Shown here: positions 27,011 through 39,435 of the stretch, piece after piece
How positions within the stretch are numbered: position 1 is the stretch's first letter
Layout of the letters: each line of letters begins with the position of its first letter
Assembly: GCF_006345805.1 (NCBI RefSeq)
Contig: NC_043008.1
Span: 53,630,001 to 53,694,000 of the forward strand
Source: Octopus sinensis
Taxonomy: Eukaryota
Reading direction: 5' to 3'
Length of the DNA stretch: 64,000 nt
Translations under genes and position numbers: made by a program
Notes under the pieces: generated by a model
Databases searched by the model: none
Told to the model about the DNA's origin: nothing
The model's input: the letters and a program-made list of their open reading frames with translations, nothing else

Positions 27011-28305
27011 TATAATGAATACTGCAATTGGGATAGTTAACATGTCAGTGTATATATGTCTGAACAGCAAATATAGAATGTATTTGTATATTAGACGTAA
27101 GGACAAGGACAGTAATGGCTATAATTACAGATCAGAACTGACCTTGGGCTAAATAACATCATCAATAATAAATTAGAAATCCTATGCATTCATATAAGAA
27201 AGGAAGAGTTTCATCATCTGAAGAATATAATTAATATATAATTCAGGGGAAGAATGAAAGAATCTTGAGTTATCGATGCCTTTGGAGAGAACTAACGGTC
27301 AAACACCACATAAACTGGTTTGGATATATAATGGTCTAATTACTTACTTATTAATTACTAATAATAGATAATCAATTGAAATTATAACTGATTGCTTGAA
27401 AGCATGTTTGATGCAGTGTGCCTTTCGTTGATATTGTATTTCACAATATGCTGAAACACTGATGCAGTGAACGTCATAGCGTATCTGATTTCGAGCGAAG
27501 GGACAACAGACATTGATATTAATACAAGGTTATAGGCAACGTTAATTGATTCACCAGTATTGGTGAGTCATTACTGTGTTAAACCACAAGGATATATCAT
27601 AAGAATTACATGGTGGTGTAGTCACATTTGGCCTTAATTATATTAAAACAAAGGACGTTCCTGATTCTGATGTTTTATGGAAAGTTTAGTTCTTTAATTT
27701 TTTAATGTGAAGTTCGAAATTAATGCAATTTCGATTTCTCAATAAATTGATGAAATTTCGATTTCTCAATAAAAGAAGATATTTGAATAGTAAATTAAAA
27801 CTGAAATTAAAATCGATACATTTTTGTGGAGATTCTTCAGTATTTTTATACGATTTAACTTGTTCTATTATGGCTTTGAATTTCAGATTTATTTTGTTTC
27901 TTTGTGGTTTCAAATAAAATTTTACAGTTTTTAGCATTAATTTTCTCTTTTTACTTACTTTTCTATTTTTTGGTTGAGGATTTTTACCTTTAAACTGGGA
28001 ATTTTCTACTGCAAAAGCTTGAAACGAAGTTTATGTTTGGTGCCAAACTGTTCCTCGCTCAGGAGAGCTATGATCCCAGTTGATCCAAGTTTCCCCTTAC
28101 ATTAATCCCTTGTCACTCAGATTAATCTTTCAAATGTTAAACATATTTAATCACATTATTTTAAATTAATCATGCATGATCTGGTAGCTTTGAGATTTCG
28201 TCTAAAACCCTTCAAGGCGGGGCCTCTGCAAGGCTGCAGTCCAGTGACTAAAACAAGTGCAGTATAGACGATTACCACGGCGCACTTCTAATAAGATTGT
28301 TCATT

Positions 28306-29055
28306 CAAGGCGGCGAGCTGGCAGAAAACGTTAGCAGGCTGGGTGAAATGCTTAGCGCTATTTCGTCTGTCTTTACGTTCTGAGTTCAAATTCAGTCGAG
28401 GTCAACTTTGCTATTTCGTCTACGTTTAGCTCCTTGTGTGCAATAAAGAAATAAGAAACGTTAGCACACCGGGCGAAATGTTTAGCGGTATTTCGTCTGT
28501 CTTTACGCTCTGAGTTCAAATTCCGTCGAGGTCGACTTTGCCTTTCATCCCTTCGGGGTCGAAAAATTAAGTACCAGTTACGTACGGGGGTCGATGTAAT
28601 CGACTTAATCCCTTTGTCCTTGTTTCTCCCCACTATGTTTAGCCCCTTGTGGGCAATAAAGAAATAAGGGGTGTTAGCACGCCGGGCGAAATGTTTAGCG
28701 GTATTTCGTTTGTCTTTACGCTCTGAGTTCAAATTCCCTCGAGGTCGACTTTGCCTTTCATCCCTTCGGGGTCGATAAATTAAGTACCAGTTACGTACTG
28801 GGGTCGACGTAATCGACTTAATTCCTTTGTCCTTGTTTCTCCCCTCTATGTTTAGCCCCTTGTGGGCAATAAAGAAATAAGGAGCGTGAGCACGCCGGGC
28901 GAAATGTTTAGCGGTATTTCGTCTGTCTTTATGTTCTGACTTTGTCTTTCATCCTTTCGGGGTCGATAAATTAAGTACCAGATACGTACTGGAGTCGATC
29001 TAATCGACTGGTCTCCTACCCCGAAATTTCGGGCCTTGTGCCTAGAGTAGAAAAG
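28306..29055 (+). mobile_element. Head-to-tail tetramer of OK-like SINE with a single 16-bp TSD
   Basis: Units begin at about 28309, 28458, 28671 and 28884; TSD AATAAGATTGTTCATT at 28290-28305 and 29056-29071. Confidence 0.9.
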
Positions 29056-29386
29056 AATAAGATTGTTCATTTTCTCTTACAGTATCTCTATTATATGACG
29101 GCGTGAATGTATTTCTCAGCGAAATATCAATTTGCTGATACAGCATTTTCCAGATACAACCAGTTTGAAAACTCAATGAAAGAAAAACATGATTTATTAT
29201 TCTTTTGTCTAATCTAAAGATAGCGTAAACTGCAAACTAACAAAAGGACTTTATGAGTACTGGCAGAATGATAGATAAAATATATTTAAAAATAAATAAC
29301 TTCTACGAAAACATGTCTGTTTCTTTTTCCTTAATAGAATTTGTCTAGCATTAACATAACAATGTCAAAATTTAGTCTTCTTCTTC

Positions 29387-29418
29387 TTCTTCTTCTTCTT
29401 CTTCTGCTGCTACTGCTG

Positions 29419-29456
<38 letters not shown>

Positions 29457-29460
29457 GCTG

Positions 29461-29516
<56 letters not shown>

Positions 29517-29522
29517 TCCACC
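29387..29522 (+). repeat. Compound (CTT)n(CTG)(CTA)n(CCA) trinucleotide tract
   Basis: Direct reading; source of the poly-L ORF. Confidence 0.95.
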
Positions 29523-29855
29523 AAACGATAGCTGACAATATATGAAGATTGGAAAAACTAGGCCTTTGTGAAGTGAGTGCCGTCACTACATTTTCAACTT
29601 CAGAATGAAATGGTATAACACAAATTCTAAAAATAATTTTGAGACCTATTTGAAAAGCAGCTTGTCGTTTTAACTCCAAAAATTTTCTTTGGAGACTTAA
29701 TAATGTGAATTTGTTAGTTACCTGGTATAATTTCGACTTTAATATCTGTAAATACATTTCGACACATAAGCAAGTATATACATACATACATACATCTATA
29801 TCTATCTATCCATCCATCCATCCATCCATCTATCTATCTGTATATATATATAATA

Positions 29856-30070
29856 CAGTGTACATTTAAACACATTGAGAGGTTTCCATCATAGGAATCC
29901 TTTACGCTAGAAAGAACAGCTAAAGTCCAAACCACTAATTAGGGATAAATTCTCTAAGGGAATGAAAATTCGAGAATTTATCTCTAATTAGTGGCGTGGA
30001 CTTTAGCTGTTCTTTCTAGCGTAATGGATTCCTACGATGGAACCCTCTTAATGTGTTTAAATGTACACTG
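29856..30070. mobile_element. Tc1/mariner-type MITE with ~100-bp TIRs and TA target
   Basis: TA|CAGTGTACATTTAAACACATT ... AATGTGTTTAAATGTACACTG|TA; arms near-perfect. Confidence 0.9.
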
Positions 30071-30264
30071 TATTTTATAAGAATAATATGTAGTCTATTG
30101 ACTAATTTTTCTATACGCTCTGCCACTGGTAGTAAAAATTTCTAAAATCTTTATTACTCTGATATCATTAATTATGTATATAAACTTAGATAAACTTAGA
30201 TATGTTTCGACCAGAGATTGGTCCAGGCCATGTCTAACTTAATAGCACCACCTGATAGGATTAT

Positions 30265-30468
30265 TCGAATCCTGTTTAAGTCAAGTTTTGTTCAAGTAGT
30301 GAGTTCTTGTTGGGTGAGTTGTATCCAATTATGGGTGGCTTATCTGGTATTCTTTGAAGGAATCTATCCAGACTCGTTTAAAGTTGATGGATCCTTTTCC
30401 TCTTTGATCTCCTCGGGACAATGTTAAATAGGGCAGGGCCTGTTGAGGAGGGAAATAAATTATGTTGC
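30265..30468 (-). mobile_element. CR1/L2-group LINE ORF2 C-terminal fragment
   Basis: LQHNLFPSSTGPALFNIV, (frameshift) PEEIKEEKDPST, (frameshift) LDRFLQRIPDKPPIIGYNSPNKNSLL; resembles the GP.LFN.LP...LD.FL..IPD.P...GY...NSL LINE terminus. Confidence 0.75.
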
Positions 30469-30520
30469 AGTATATATATATATATAGTATATATATATAT
30501 ATATAGATATATATATATAT

Positions 30521-30563
<43 letters not shown>

Positions 30564-30984
30564 ATGTATGTAATATATAAGGAGCAAACAATTCAGGAGG
30601 AAATATTTACGAATATATCATTGACTGTATTATTATTTAGCGTGACAATTTAAAAATAATAATAACAGAATCAATAATTGTAGGCCCGAAAAAAAAACAG
30701 CATTAAATGGCTGAAAATACAGCGATAATAACTACAGAAATCAACCGCCCGAAGGCAAACAGGCTAAGACAATCTCTCAGTACACGTACAAGTATTTGGA
30801 CTCACGCTTTTTTCTGGACTGGCATTATTGCATCACCTTCCTCAGCATGCGTTATCATGATGGAGAGCCCCAATTCATCTCGTGGAAGTCTGCGCTGCAA
30901 CTGATCATTTTGCGCCAAATTATGGCAGCTACCATCTAATAATGATGATGGACTCATCCATCAAAAAAGACATATGAGCGTTCA

Positions 30985-31200
30985 GCTTTGACCGAACGAC
31001 CTGCACAAATGTTTCACTTGTAGTGATCGAATGTACGTGTTGCTTAGTACTGCTATCAAATCAACGTTGCCAGGACAGGTGCACAATGTACCACGCTTCA
31101 GGTGTCGAAGTGATTCTAGAGCAATGGTACGATGAAGTGTTTTGCTTAAGAGCACAACGGGTTTGCCTCCTTCGCATGGAAAGAATAAGCAGGAAATTAT
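30985..31200 (-). mobile_element. Diverged CORE-like SINE fragment
   Basis: GTTGTGCTCTTAAGCAAAACACTTCAT core-like block; GGCAACGTTGATTTG and CATTTGTGCAGGT blocks resemble about 60660-60750. Confidence 0.45.
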
Positions 31201-31570
31201 TAGATGGCTGTAAAAAATCAATAGCATGGTATCGTGGGCTGCAGGTAGCAAACCCGCTGCGCATGGAAGACTCTTGGAGTTCCCAAAAAAAACCTGTCAC
31301 AAACTGAAAATAAATAGCAACAATAATGATGATGATGTTGAAGATGATGATGGTAGAGATGATGATAATTCCCTATATAGGCAGAGGGCTTGAAATGTTT
31401 ACATCTACCCTAGGTTTGTAATAGCGTCCAGTTCTTTCAACTAAAATCCTTTAAGTCGGTGTCCCGCTATGACCGCAGTTGAATGACTGACATTTGTAAA
31501 AGATACATACATACATACTTACATACATACATACATACATACATACATCATACATACATACATACATACA

Positions 31571-31639
<69 letters not shown>

Positions 31640-32811
31640 TGTGTGTGTGTGTGTGCACTAAGAGAGAGGCAGAGAAAGTGAGAGAAGGAGAGAGAAAGTG
31701 AGAGAAGGAGAGAGAAAGTGAGAGAAGGAGAGAGAGAAAGTGAGAGACGGAGAGAGAAAGAGGGAAAGAGAGATTCCTATACACAAGCGCAAAAACGCTC
31801 AAACACACACAGAAATCGGTTTTACAAGATTCTTGATGTGAATCCGTGTGTTGAATCAGGAAAAAAGTTATGTTCCGAGTAGGCACATTCTGCCAGAAAA
31901 AACACAGTTCAGTTGTCTATTAATTGATCTGTCAACGTATTTCGTCACGCTCCTGTAAACTTTTCAATGATTTATTTTAATATCGATGGTGGCCTTTATA
32001 TATTCGCAGTAGACCTATACGTACATTTACATGAGAATATATATATGTAGCTATGTTCATCTGTGAATACTATCAGCATTGTTATTATGCGTTGCTGTAT
32101 TGTTGTATTAGTATAATGGTGTGTGTACATGTATGTGCGAACATTTTTTTATATTTTCTCATTGTAGTTATAATATATTTTATTTTATTGTTCTGTCAGC
32201 GGTGGTGAATATATGATGCTGATCAGTAGATAAATTGCGGTGGTAGTCGAGGTTGGATAGAGTTGGGTGAAGGTCAGGTAGTTTTTTTTTATTTTTTACT
32301 TTATCATTCTGATCGCCTTTTATTTATATTTATTATTTATGATTTTTGATGTTGATATCCTTTGTACAGAAACGACAACATATATGTGTATAGGTGTATA
32401 TGTGTGTATAGTTGTGTGTATATATATGTGTGTGTGTGCGTGTGCGTGTGTATGTATAAATATATAGGCATACATATACACATACATATATATTTACGAT
32501 ATATATTTACGTACACAAACAAACACATATATGTATGTGTATGTTATGTATCTATCAATTTATCTCCTCTCTCTATGTGTGTGAATATATATGTATATAT
32601 ATATATATATATATGATATATATATATATATAATAATATATGTATATATATATATGTATAATATATATTATATCTGTATATTATATTCATATATATATAT
32701 ATACATATATATATATATGTACATATATATTATATATATATATTATATATATATATATCTATCATATATGTTTATATATATAAGCATATATATATATGTA
32801 TATATAATATA

Positions 32812-32842
<31 letters not shown>

Positions 32843-33060
32843 CCATATATGTTTATCATATATATATGTATATATATGTTTATATGCATATATATATATA
32901 TATTATGTTTATATGCATATATATATATGTATATATATGTTTAATATGCATATTATATGTATATATATATGTATAATATGTTATTAATATATGTATATAA
33001 TGTATATATATGTTATATGCATATATATATGTATATATATATGTATATATATTGCTTATA

Positions 33061-33091
<31 letters not shown>

Positions 33092-34186
33092 TGTATATAT
33101 ATACATATATGTATATGCATATATATATATGTATATATATACATATATATATATGCATAATATATAATATATATATATATATAATATTTACTATATATAT
33201 ATATATATATATGTATAATATACACACATATATATATATATATATATATATGCATATACATATGCATATACGTGTGAACATAAAGAAATCTATCTAAATA
33301 AGCATATAGACTGACAGACAGACAGACAGAACGATAGACATGCCGAAAGGCACACAAATACAGAGATACATTGATAATGCTGATATTTTATACACGAGTA
33401 TCAAATATAATAAATATCAATAACGCACGATCAGAATAATAAATAAAATAACTCACTACATATTCTCTTATACCGTATTTATTATGTAGACTTATACATG
33501 ATAGATAATTAAATTTATATTATTTATATTATTTAAATTACTTTATATTATCGATTTATTGTTTTTAACTCAAAGATATCGTCTGTTGCAGTCACACCTT
33601 GCCTCCTCATTTCCATTTAATCTGCCTGCCCGTAAATAGACTAATTTAGTATCTTGTGTTGTGCCTTCCGGGTGTCGAGACATAATTTTTATTGCGACCT
33701 TATTTATCGATCCACCGTATAGTTTTTTCTAGTGTTTGTTGCGGAGAATACATTTATTGATCTATGTTCAGTCTAACCACATCGTTGCACTCCGTGGGCT
33801 GTTATTGGGTCGAAGGAGGAGGTAGATGAAAAAGTATGAGGGAATGGGGAAACAATTGTACATTTGTTATATATTTTGGTTGGCTGTAATATAAATAAAC
33901 TGTATTCACAGAAGCAAATTTCCTCAAAAGCAAGAGAATGGAGAATGGAGAAAGAGTGTATGAAATATATATGCAAATGAAGCATTAAGAACGGAAATGG
34001 TCTTTTGCAAAAGTCATGTCTAAAGCACAAGCCAGAAGCAATGAAAATGTTATATAAAAGTTATATATAGACCAAAATACAAGGATCGAAAACAAATATC
34101 AAGTGTCTTGAATTCTACAATAAAGTTCCAGGCTATCGTAATAACAACAACAACAACAACAACAATAATAATAATAATAATAATAA

Positions 34187-34680
34187 TTATCATGTACATT
34201 GTTTTGTCTTGGTGTAAAAGATGGGCTACAGCAAATATTCTGCTCAACACCACAGATTTGCTTGTCAGTTGTTTGACCTTAACCAGTTGAGCATGTCCCT
34301 TAGTGGCTGACGATATGTGCATCTCTGATCATGAGCAGAAGTAGTGGGGGAGCATCATAGCCATGTGTTGAGAGGGATTCTTTGGGGTTTGAATAATTCA
34401 CCTCTGGAAACATGGGTGGTTCTTTCAACATCCTTAAACAACCCTTATTCAGGGACCTTTTGAGTGGGATGGGCTACTCAACCTGAAGAAAATTCTAATT
34501 GGGCCCTACCTGCAAGGTCATGTGCTGTTTATCTTGATATGAGATCACCATGTCGCGCACGTATGGTTGTGATGCATGTGCCTGGTGTACCCTTATCAGA
34601 CGGGTAGTCATGATGGGTATACTGGGCTTCGTATATTTTACCCCACTGTCACTTTGATGGCATGCACTGCTCTCTCACTC
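34187..34680 (+). mobile_element. ~500-bp non-coding element embedded in (TAA)n, copy 1
   Basis: Flanked 5' by (AAC)n(AAT)n and 3' by (AAT)n; homologous to 44647-45180. Confidence 0.85.
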
Positions 34681-34736
<56 letters not shown>

Positions 34737-35589
34737 GGGTTGAAAAGTGTGATACATCAGTACACATCATCAATTTGATGGTATGAGTCTGGGAAACAAA
34801 AATTCGATGAATGCATGGACAGTTCAATAACTGTGAATAATGGTGTAAAGACGATTCCTCTTGAAACAAAATAGAATATTTCCACTCACACTGTTATAGG
34901 TACACCTGATATTTGACGAAGTTATGGCAAGAGCCAAGCCTATACTGTCTTGCCTTTGCCAATTCTACCTTGAAAATTCTGAAAACAGTCGAAGTGACCT
35001 CGTTCAATTGTAAGGCTTCTGTGAAACTGAGAAACTGAGAGTTTGTTTCCCAAATATCTAAATGGATGCTTGTGCAGGGTAAATCGTGTCTTGATGCTGA
35101 TTTTCGTTACCCAACTATGATTGTATGCATGGTTATCATACAACTGTACTTTAGTCATATAAACTGATTCCTGAGGTAAACCATTACTATTTAGTATAGT
35201 TAGACTTGCCAGGGTAGATATAGCTGCATTTAGGATTTTTTTAGTACTCATATACTTTGGTGAATGTTTTTGCATTATACAAACCAAAGTGATGATGATA
35301 TCAAGACATTTTCCCTGCAGAATGGACACAGGTATTATAGAATATTTAGTTGAACAGGTATTATAGAATATTCAGGTTACTTAAAAGTCATCTGCTTTTC
35401 TTGGCAATATTATACGGCCAGCTGCCTTATAAAAGCAAATTTTCTCCCCAAATCACTAAGAACTCAGAGACTGTAAACCTCTGTCAAGGCAACACCAATG
35501 TCCTCTCAATGATTAGCCAGAGATGATTTTTAAAATGAGAATATCTGAAATAAACTCAACTGCTCACACAAACGAGAATACTAAAAATG

Positions 35590-35828
35590 AACCCGACCGC
35601 TCTCAAATTTTAAGTAAAAAAATAATAACTGGAAAAATAATGCCGAATCCTTGTCCGGTACCAGATCAATCCCGAAATCTAATCAGTTTGTGCCGGTTAC
35701 GAGGCCAAACATCCCTGAATATTTCATTAGAATTCATCCAGTGGTTCTTGAGATATCTGGTCAACAGACAAACAAACGGACAAATACGACTGGAAACAAT
35801 ACCTCCGCCTTCGCTAAGGCGGATGTAA
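35590..35828 (+). mobile_element. Helentron-associated (HINE/DINE-1-like) non-autonomous element, 3' part
   Basis: ACAGACAAACAAACGGAC run followed by the terminal hairpin ACCTCCGCCT-TCGCT-AAGGCGGATGT (35801-35826) and an A-run. Confidence 0.6.
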
Positions 35829-37064
35829 AAATATTATTTCTCGACTTCTGCTTACGAGCCTATGGCATTTATATATGGCTTAGTAATTAGTATTTCTGTC
35901 TCTCATTCTTGGCATTGTAGACCATCTTGGTAAATATCTAGGCGGCACTTTCGAAAAGTGAGGCCGTTCATGCAAACCAAAGGGAGGAGGTTATATGCAC
36001 TTTGTTAAATAGGAATGCAAGCAAAGACGCACACAAACATGTATACATATACATAGACATATATACATATACAAATATATATATATATATCTACATACAT
36101 ATAGATTTACATATACATACACACTCACACACACACACACACCACACACACACACACATACATATATATATACATATATGTATATGTATATGTATATGCA
36201 TGTACGTATTTATATACCCCTTTTGTGTGTGTGAAGTGCGTTTTATCAAGAATGGTCATGACATCCAAATGATAACTAACTTCTTATCTTTCTTCCGTAC
36301 GTATTTAAATTCCAGGATTTCTCGCTCCGTCTTTTCCGTTCATATATTGAATCTATTTCCTTTTTGTAGCATTAGAACCGACATTTCCCAATCAGTAACG
36401 TATGAAGTACACAGCTGTAAGATTAGTAATTCCCGGAAGAGACATTTTGTCGACGCTTGATTTATTACTTATGTGTACATATCTGCGTTCACACACACAC
36501 ACACACACACACACCCACACACACACACACTCACACACATATTTTGCAAATTTGAACACTCCCACGCACTGACACTGCATGTTGCTTTGGCTGAACAACA
36601 GGTGATGGAACCCTTGTGATATTATCTTTGTCATAAGCTTTGTAAAAAAAACTCCAACGTTTTCTCTTCTGTGCGTGAGTCAACAGTCGAATTCTTCGAG
36701 ATAGATAGATAGATAGAGAGAGAGAGAAAAAAGTGGGGAGAGAGATACGGAGGAAGGGAAAGCAACAGAAAATAAGAGAGAGCTTACGAGAGAGATTCAA
36801 AGGGAGAGAAGAACATTCCCAGCACAAGACTGGTTGACAGGGTCAATCGGAAAATTTGACTTCTCGGAGTGAAAGATGCAAGAATACATTCTTCAAGTAT
36901 TCCAACCGTTATCTAAGTAATTCTGCATATTGTCGCTTTAAATACCCACACAATATAAAGAAACAGACCGATAAACAATCACGGAACACAGACATGCAAA
37001 TAATTCTATACATAATACATACATACAAACATACATACATACACACACACATACATACATACAC

Positions 37065-37280
37065 GCCATGATAGATCGTTCGCCACTACACACATCTTTT
37101 CTCTCCTTTTTTTCTCTCCTTGTTTCTCTCCTTGTTTCCTGTGTCCCTTTCTGTAGAAGAGCGTAGGCTCGAAACGTAAAATACTTTTTTCTATTCCTGA
37201 GCGTTATACTAATACATCTGTTTGTTTTGTACACCACCTGTCTTCGTCTTTTGTTGTTGTTTTTTGTAAAATCTCCCTAT
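37065..37280 (+). mobile_element. ~215-bp dispersed element with hammerhead-like fold, copy 1
   Basis: CTGTAGA-A-GAGC-GTAG-GCTC-GAAAC-GTA at 37151-37178; homologous to 57858-58072 and 60845-61035. Confidence 0.8.
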
Positions 37281-37894
37281 ACATACAGACATACATACAC
37301 ACATAGAACATTTGGCCCAATCGGTTGTGCATATAGCCATGTAAACGTTGATATGTTTGTTCGATTCTGGCTAGGGTTAGCTCATCATTTTCCAGTCAGT
37401 TGGTTTATATATAAATGTCGCTTTAAATCGGAGAATACATTTACATACATATATGCACAGAATGCCAGTATCCCAACTACACATGCGTAGATAACATAAA
37501 AAATTAGGACCCATACAGTTTCAATCGGATAACGTAGGCAACATCTCAGTACCGCTTTCATTTTCGGCACAATGCACTTACATTTATAATGACCCTTTCT
37601 ATAGAGTGTTAACGCTTCCAGTATCTAGCGCGCTATAACTAACATATAGGCTCATATATATCTGAATATTAAGGAGGTTTATACTTCAAATTACACATCC
37701 AATGAAAGCCTTTGTTCAGCTATTAGCGTACGTAGCGAAGTAGAAAATGCTTCATCTGTTTTCATATAATTTCAAAGCGATATTTTCATATTATTTCCAA
37801 TCTGTTCAGCTCTGATTGAGCAAATCTACGACAATAATTGTTGCAGTCTTGCCGATCCTGTTGCCTTTCAAACACAGTGTATCCAACGCCATAT

Positions 37895-38277
37895 TGGAAG
37901 CACTCCGTCGGTTACGACGACGAGGGTTCCGGTTTTATTCGAATCAACGGAACAGCCTGCTCGTGAAATTAACGTGTAAGTGGCTGAGCACTCCACAGAC
38001 ACGTGTACCCTTAATGTAGTTCTCGGGGATATTCAGCGTGACACAGAGAGTGACAAGGCCGGCCCTTTGAAATACAGGTACAACAGAAACAGGAAGTAAG
38101 AGTGAGAGAAAGTTGTGGTGAAAGAGTGCAGCAGGGATCACCACCTCCCCCTGCCGGAGCCTCGTGGAACCTTTAGGTGTTTTCGCTCAATAAACACTGA
38201 CAACGCCCGGTCTGGGAATCGAAACCGCGATCCTACGACCGCGAGTCAGCTGCCCTAACCACTGGGCTATTGCGCCT
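37895..38277 (-). mobile_element. tRNA-derived SINE (OR1-like family)
   Basis: Head GGCGCAATAGCCCAGTGGTTAGGGCAGC...GGTTTCGATTCCC with A and B boxes. Confidence 0.85.
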
Positions 38278-38308
38278 CCACAACGCTATATTATCTAATG
38301 TCTCTCAA

Positions 38309-38524
38309 AGGCGGCGAGCTGGCACAATCGTTAGCACGCCGGGTAAAATGCTTAGTTCGGTATTTCGCCCGTACTTACGTTCTGAGTTTAAATTTCGTGT
38401 CAAAGTCGACTTTGCCCTTCATCCTTTCGGGGTCGATGAAATAAGTACCAGTTACGTACTGGAGCTGATGTAATTGATTATTCCCCCTCTGCAAATTGCA
38501 GGCCTTGTGCCTATAATAGAAAAG
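38309..38524 (+). mobile_element. OK-like SINE (tail type B) with 15-bp TSD
   Basis: TSD ATTATCTAA(T/C)GTCTC at 38290-38304 and 38525-38539. Confidence 0.88.
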
Positions 38525-38764
38525 ATTATCTAACGTCTCCTTCAATATTTAGTTCCATATTTAATTTTAAGACAGTAAGGTAAGACAGACATATAACCGT
38601 TATTTCTAGCATATGTAGCGCTAATAAAACTTATTTACTCGAGAGAAAAATGGAGGCCCTGAAATATTCATGTCTTGCTTTTTCTGTGGAATATTACATC
38701 CTACATTAGAATTGTGCGTGAAGTGATGTTAGGTAAAAGTAAAGTTAAATTCGCGATTCATGCC

Positions 38765-38982
38765 GACCCATAAGGGCCGGTTTCCCGGTTTTATGGTGTA
38801 TATATTCCGCACCTGGATGGGACGCAAGTCCTTCGCAGAATAACTCATTTTTGACAACTGAGTGTCAGGAGCAACGTGACATGAAGTGTTATTCTAAAAA
38901 ACACAACGCGTCACCCGGTCCAGGAATCGAAACTACACTCTTACGATTATGAGTCCAACACCCCTAACCACTAAGCCACACG
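38765..38982 (-). mobile_element. tRNA/CORE SINE with V-SINE-like tail
   Basis: GTGGCTTAGTGGTTAGG...GTTTCGATTCC head, TTGTGTT..GAATAACACTTCAT core, TGCGAAGGACTTGCGTCCCATCCAG tail. Confidence 0.7.
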
Positions 38983-39044
38983 CTTTTACTAGTGAAGAAA
39001 CATTGCCATGAATTGAATCAAGAACAGAGTTAGAGAAGATGATT

Positions 39045-39435
39045 ACTCTTTTACTCTTTTACTTGTTTCAGTCATTTGACTGCGGCCATGCTGGAGCACC
39101 GCCTTTAGTCGAGCAAATCGACACCAAGACTTATTCTTTGTAATATTCTACCGGTCCCTTTTGCCAAACCGCTAAGTTACGGGGACGCAAACACACCAGC
39201 ATCGGTTGTCAATCGATATTGGGGTGGGGGAACAAACACAGACACACAAAAGCACACACACACACACACATACACACACACACATATATATATACATATA
39301 TACGACGGGCTTCTTTCAGTTTCCGTCTATCAAATCCTGTCACAAGGCCTTGGTCGGCCCGAGGCTACAGTAGAAGACACTTGCCCAATGTGCTACGCAG
39401 TGGGACTGAACCTGAAACCATGTGGCTGGAAAGCA
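39045..39435 (-). mobile_element. OR2-like CORE SINE
   Basis: Same family as 4484-4862; short tandem (GTAAAAGA)n tail. Confidence 0.85.

Noticed and set aside
28290-29071. CRISPR-like or tRNA gene array
   Set aside because: Units are ~210-bp SINEs without spacers; the tRNA-like heads lack a complete cloverleaf.
30790-30940. Possible minus-strand exon (GSCHNLAQNDQLQRRLPRDELG...) with GTGAGT donor
   Set aside because: The acceptor lacks a polypyrimidine tract and no homology was recognised.
34940-35329. 129-aa minus-strand ORF in unique sequence
   Set aside because: No recognisable motif or convincing splice signals in any frame.
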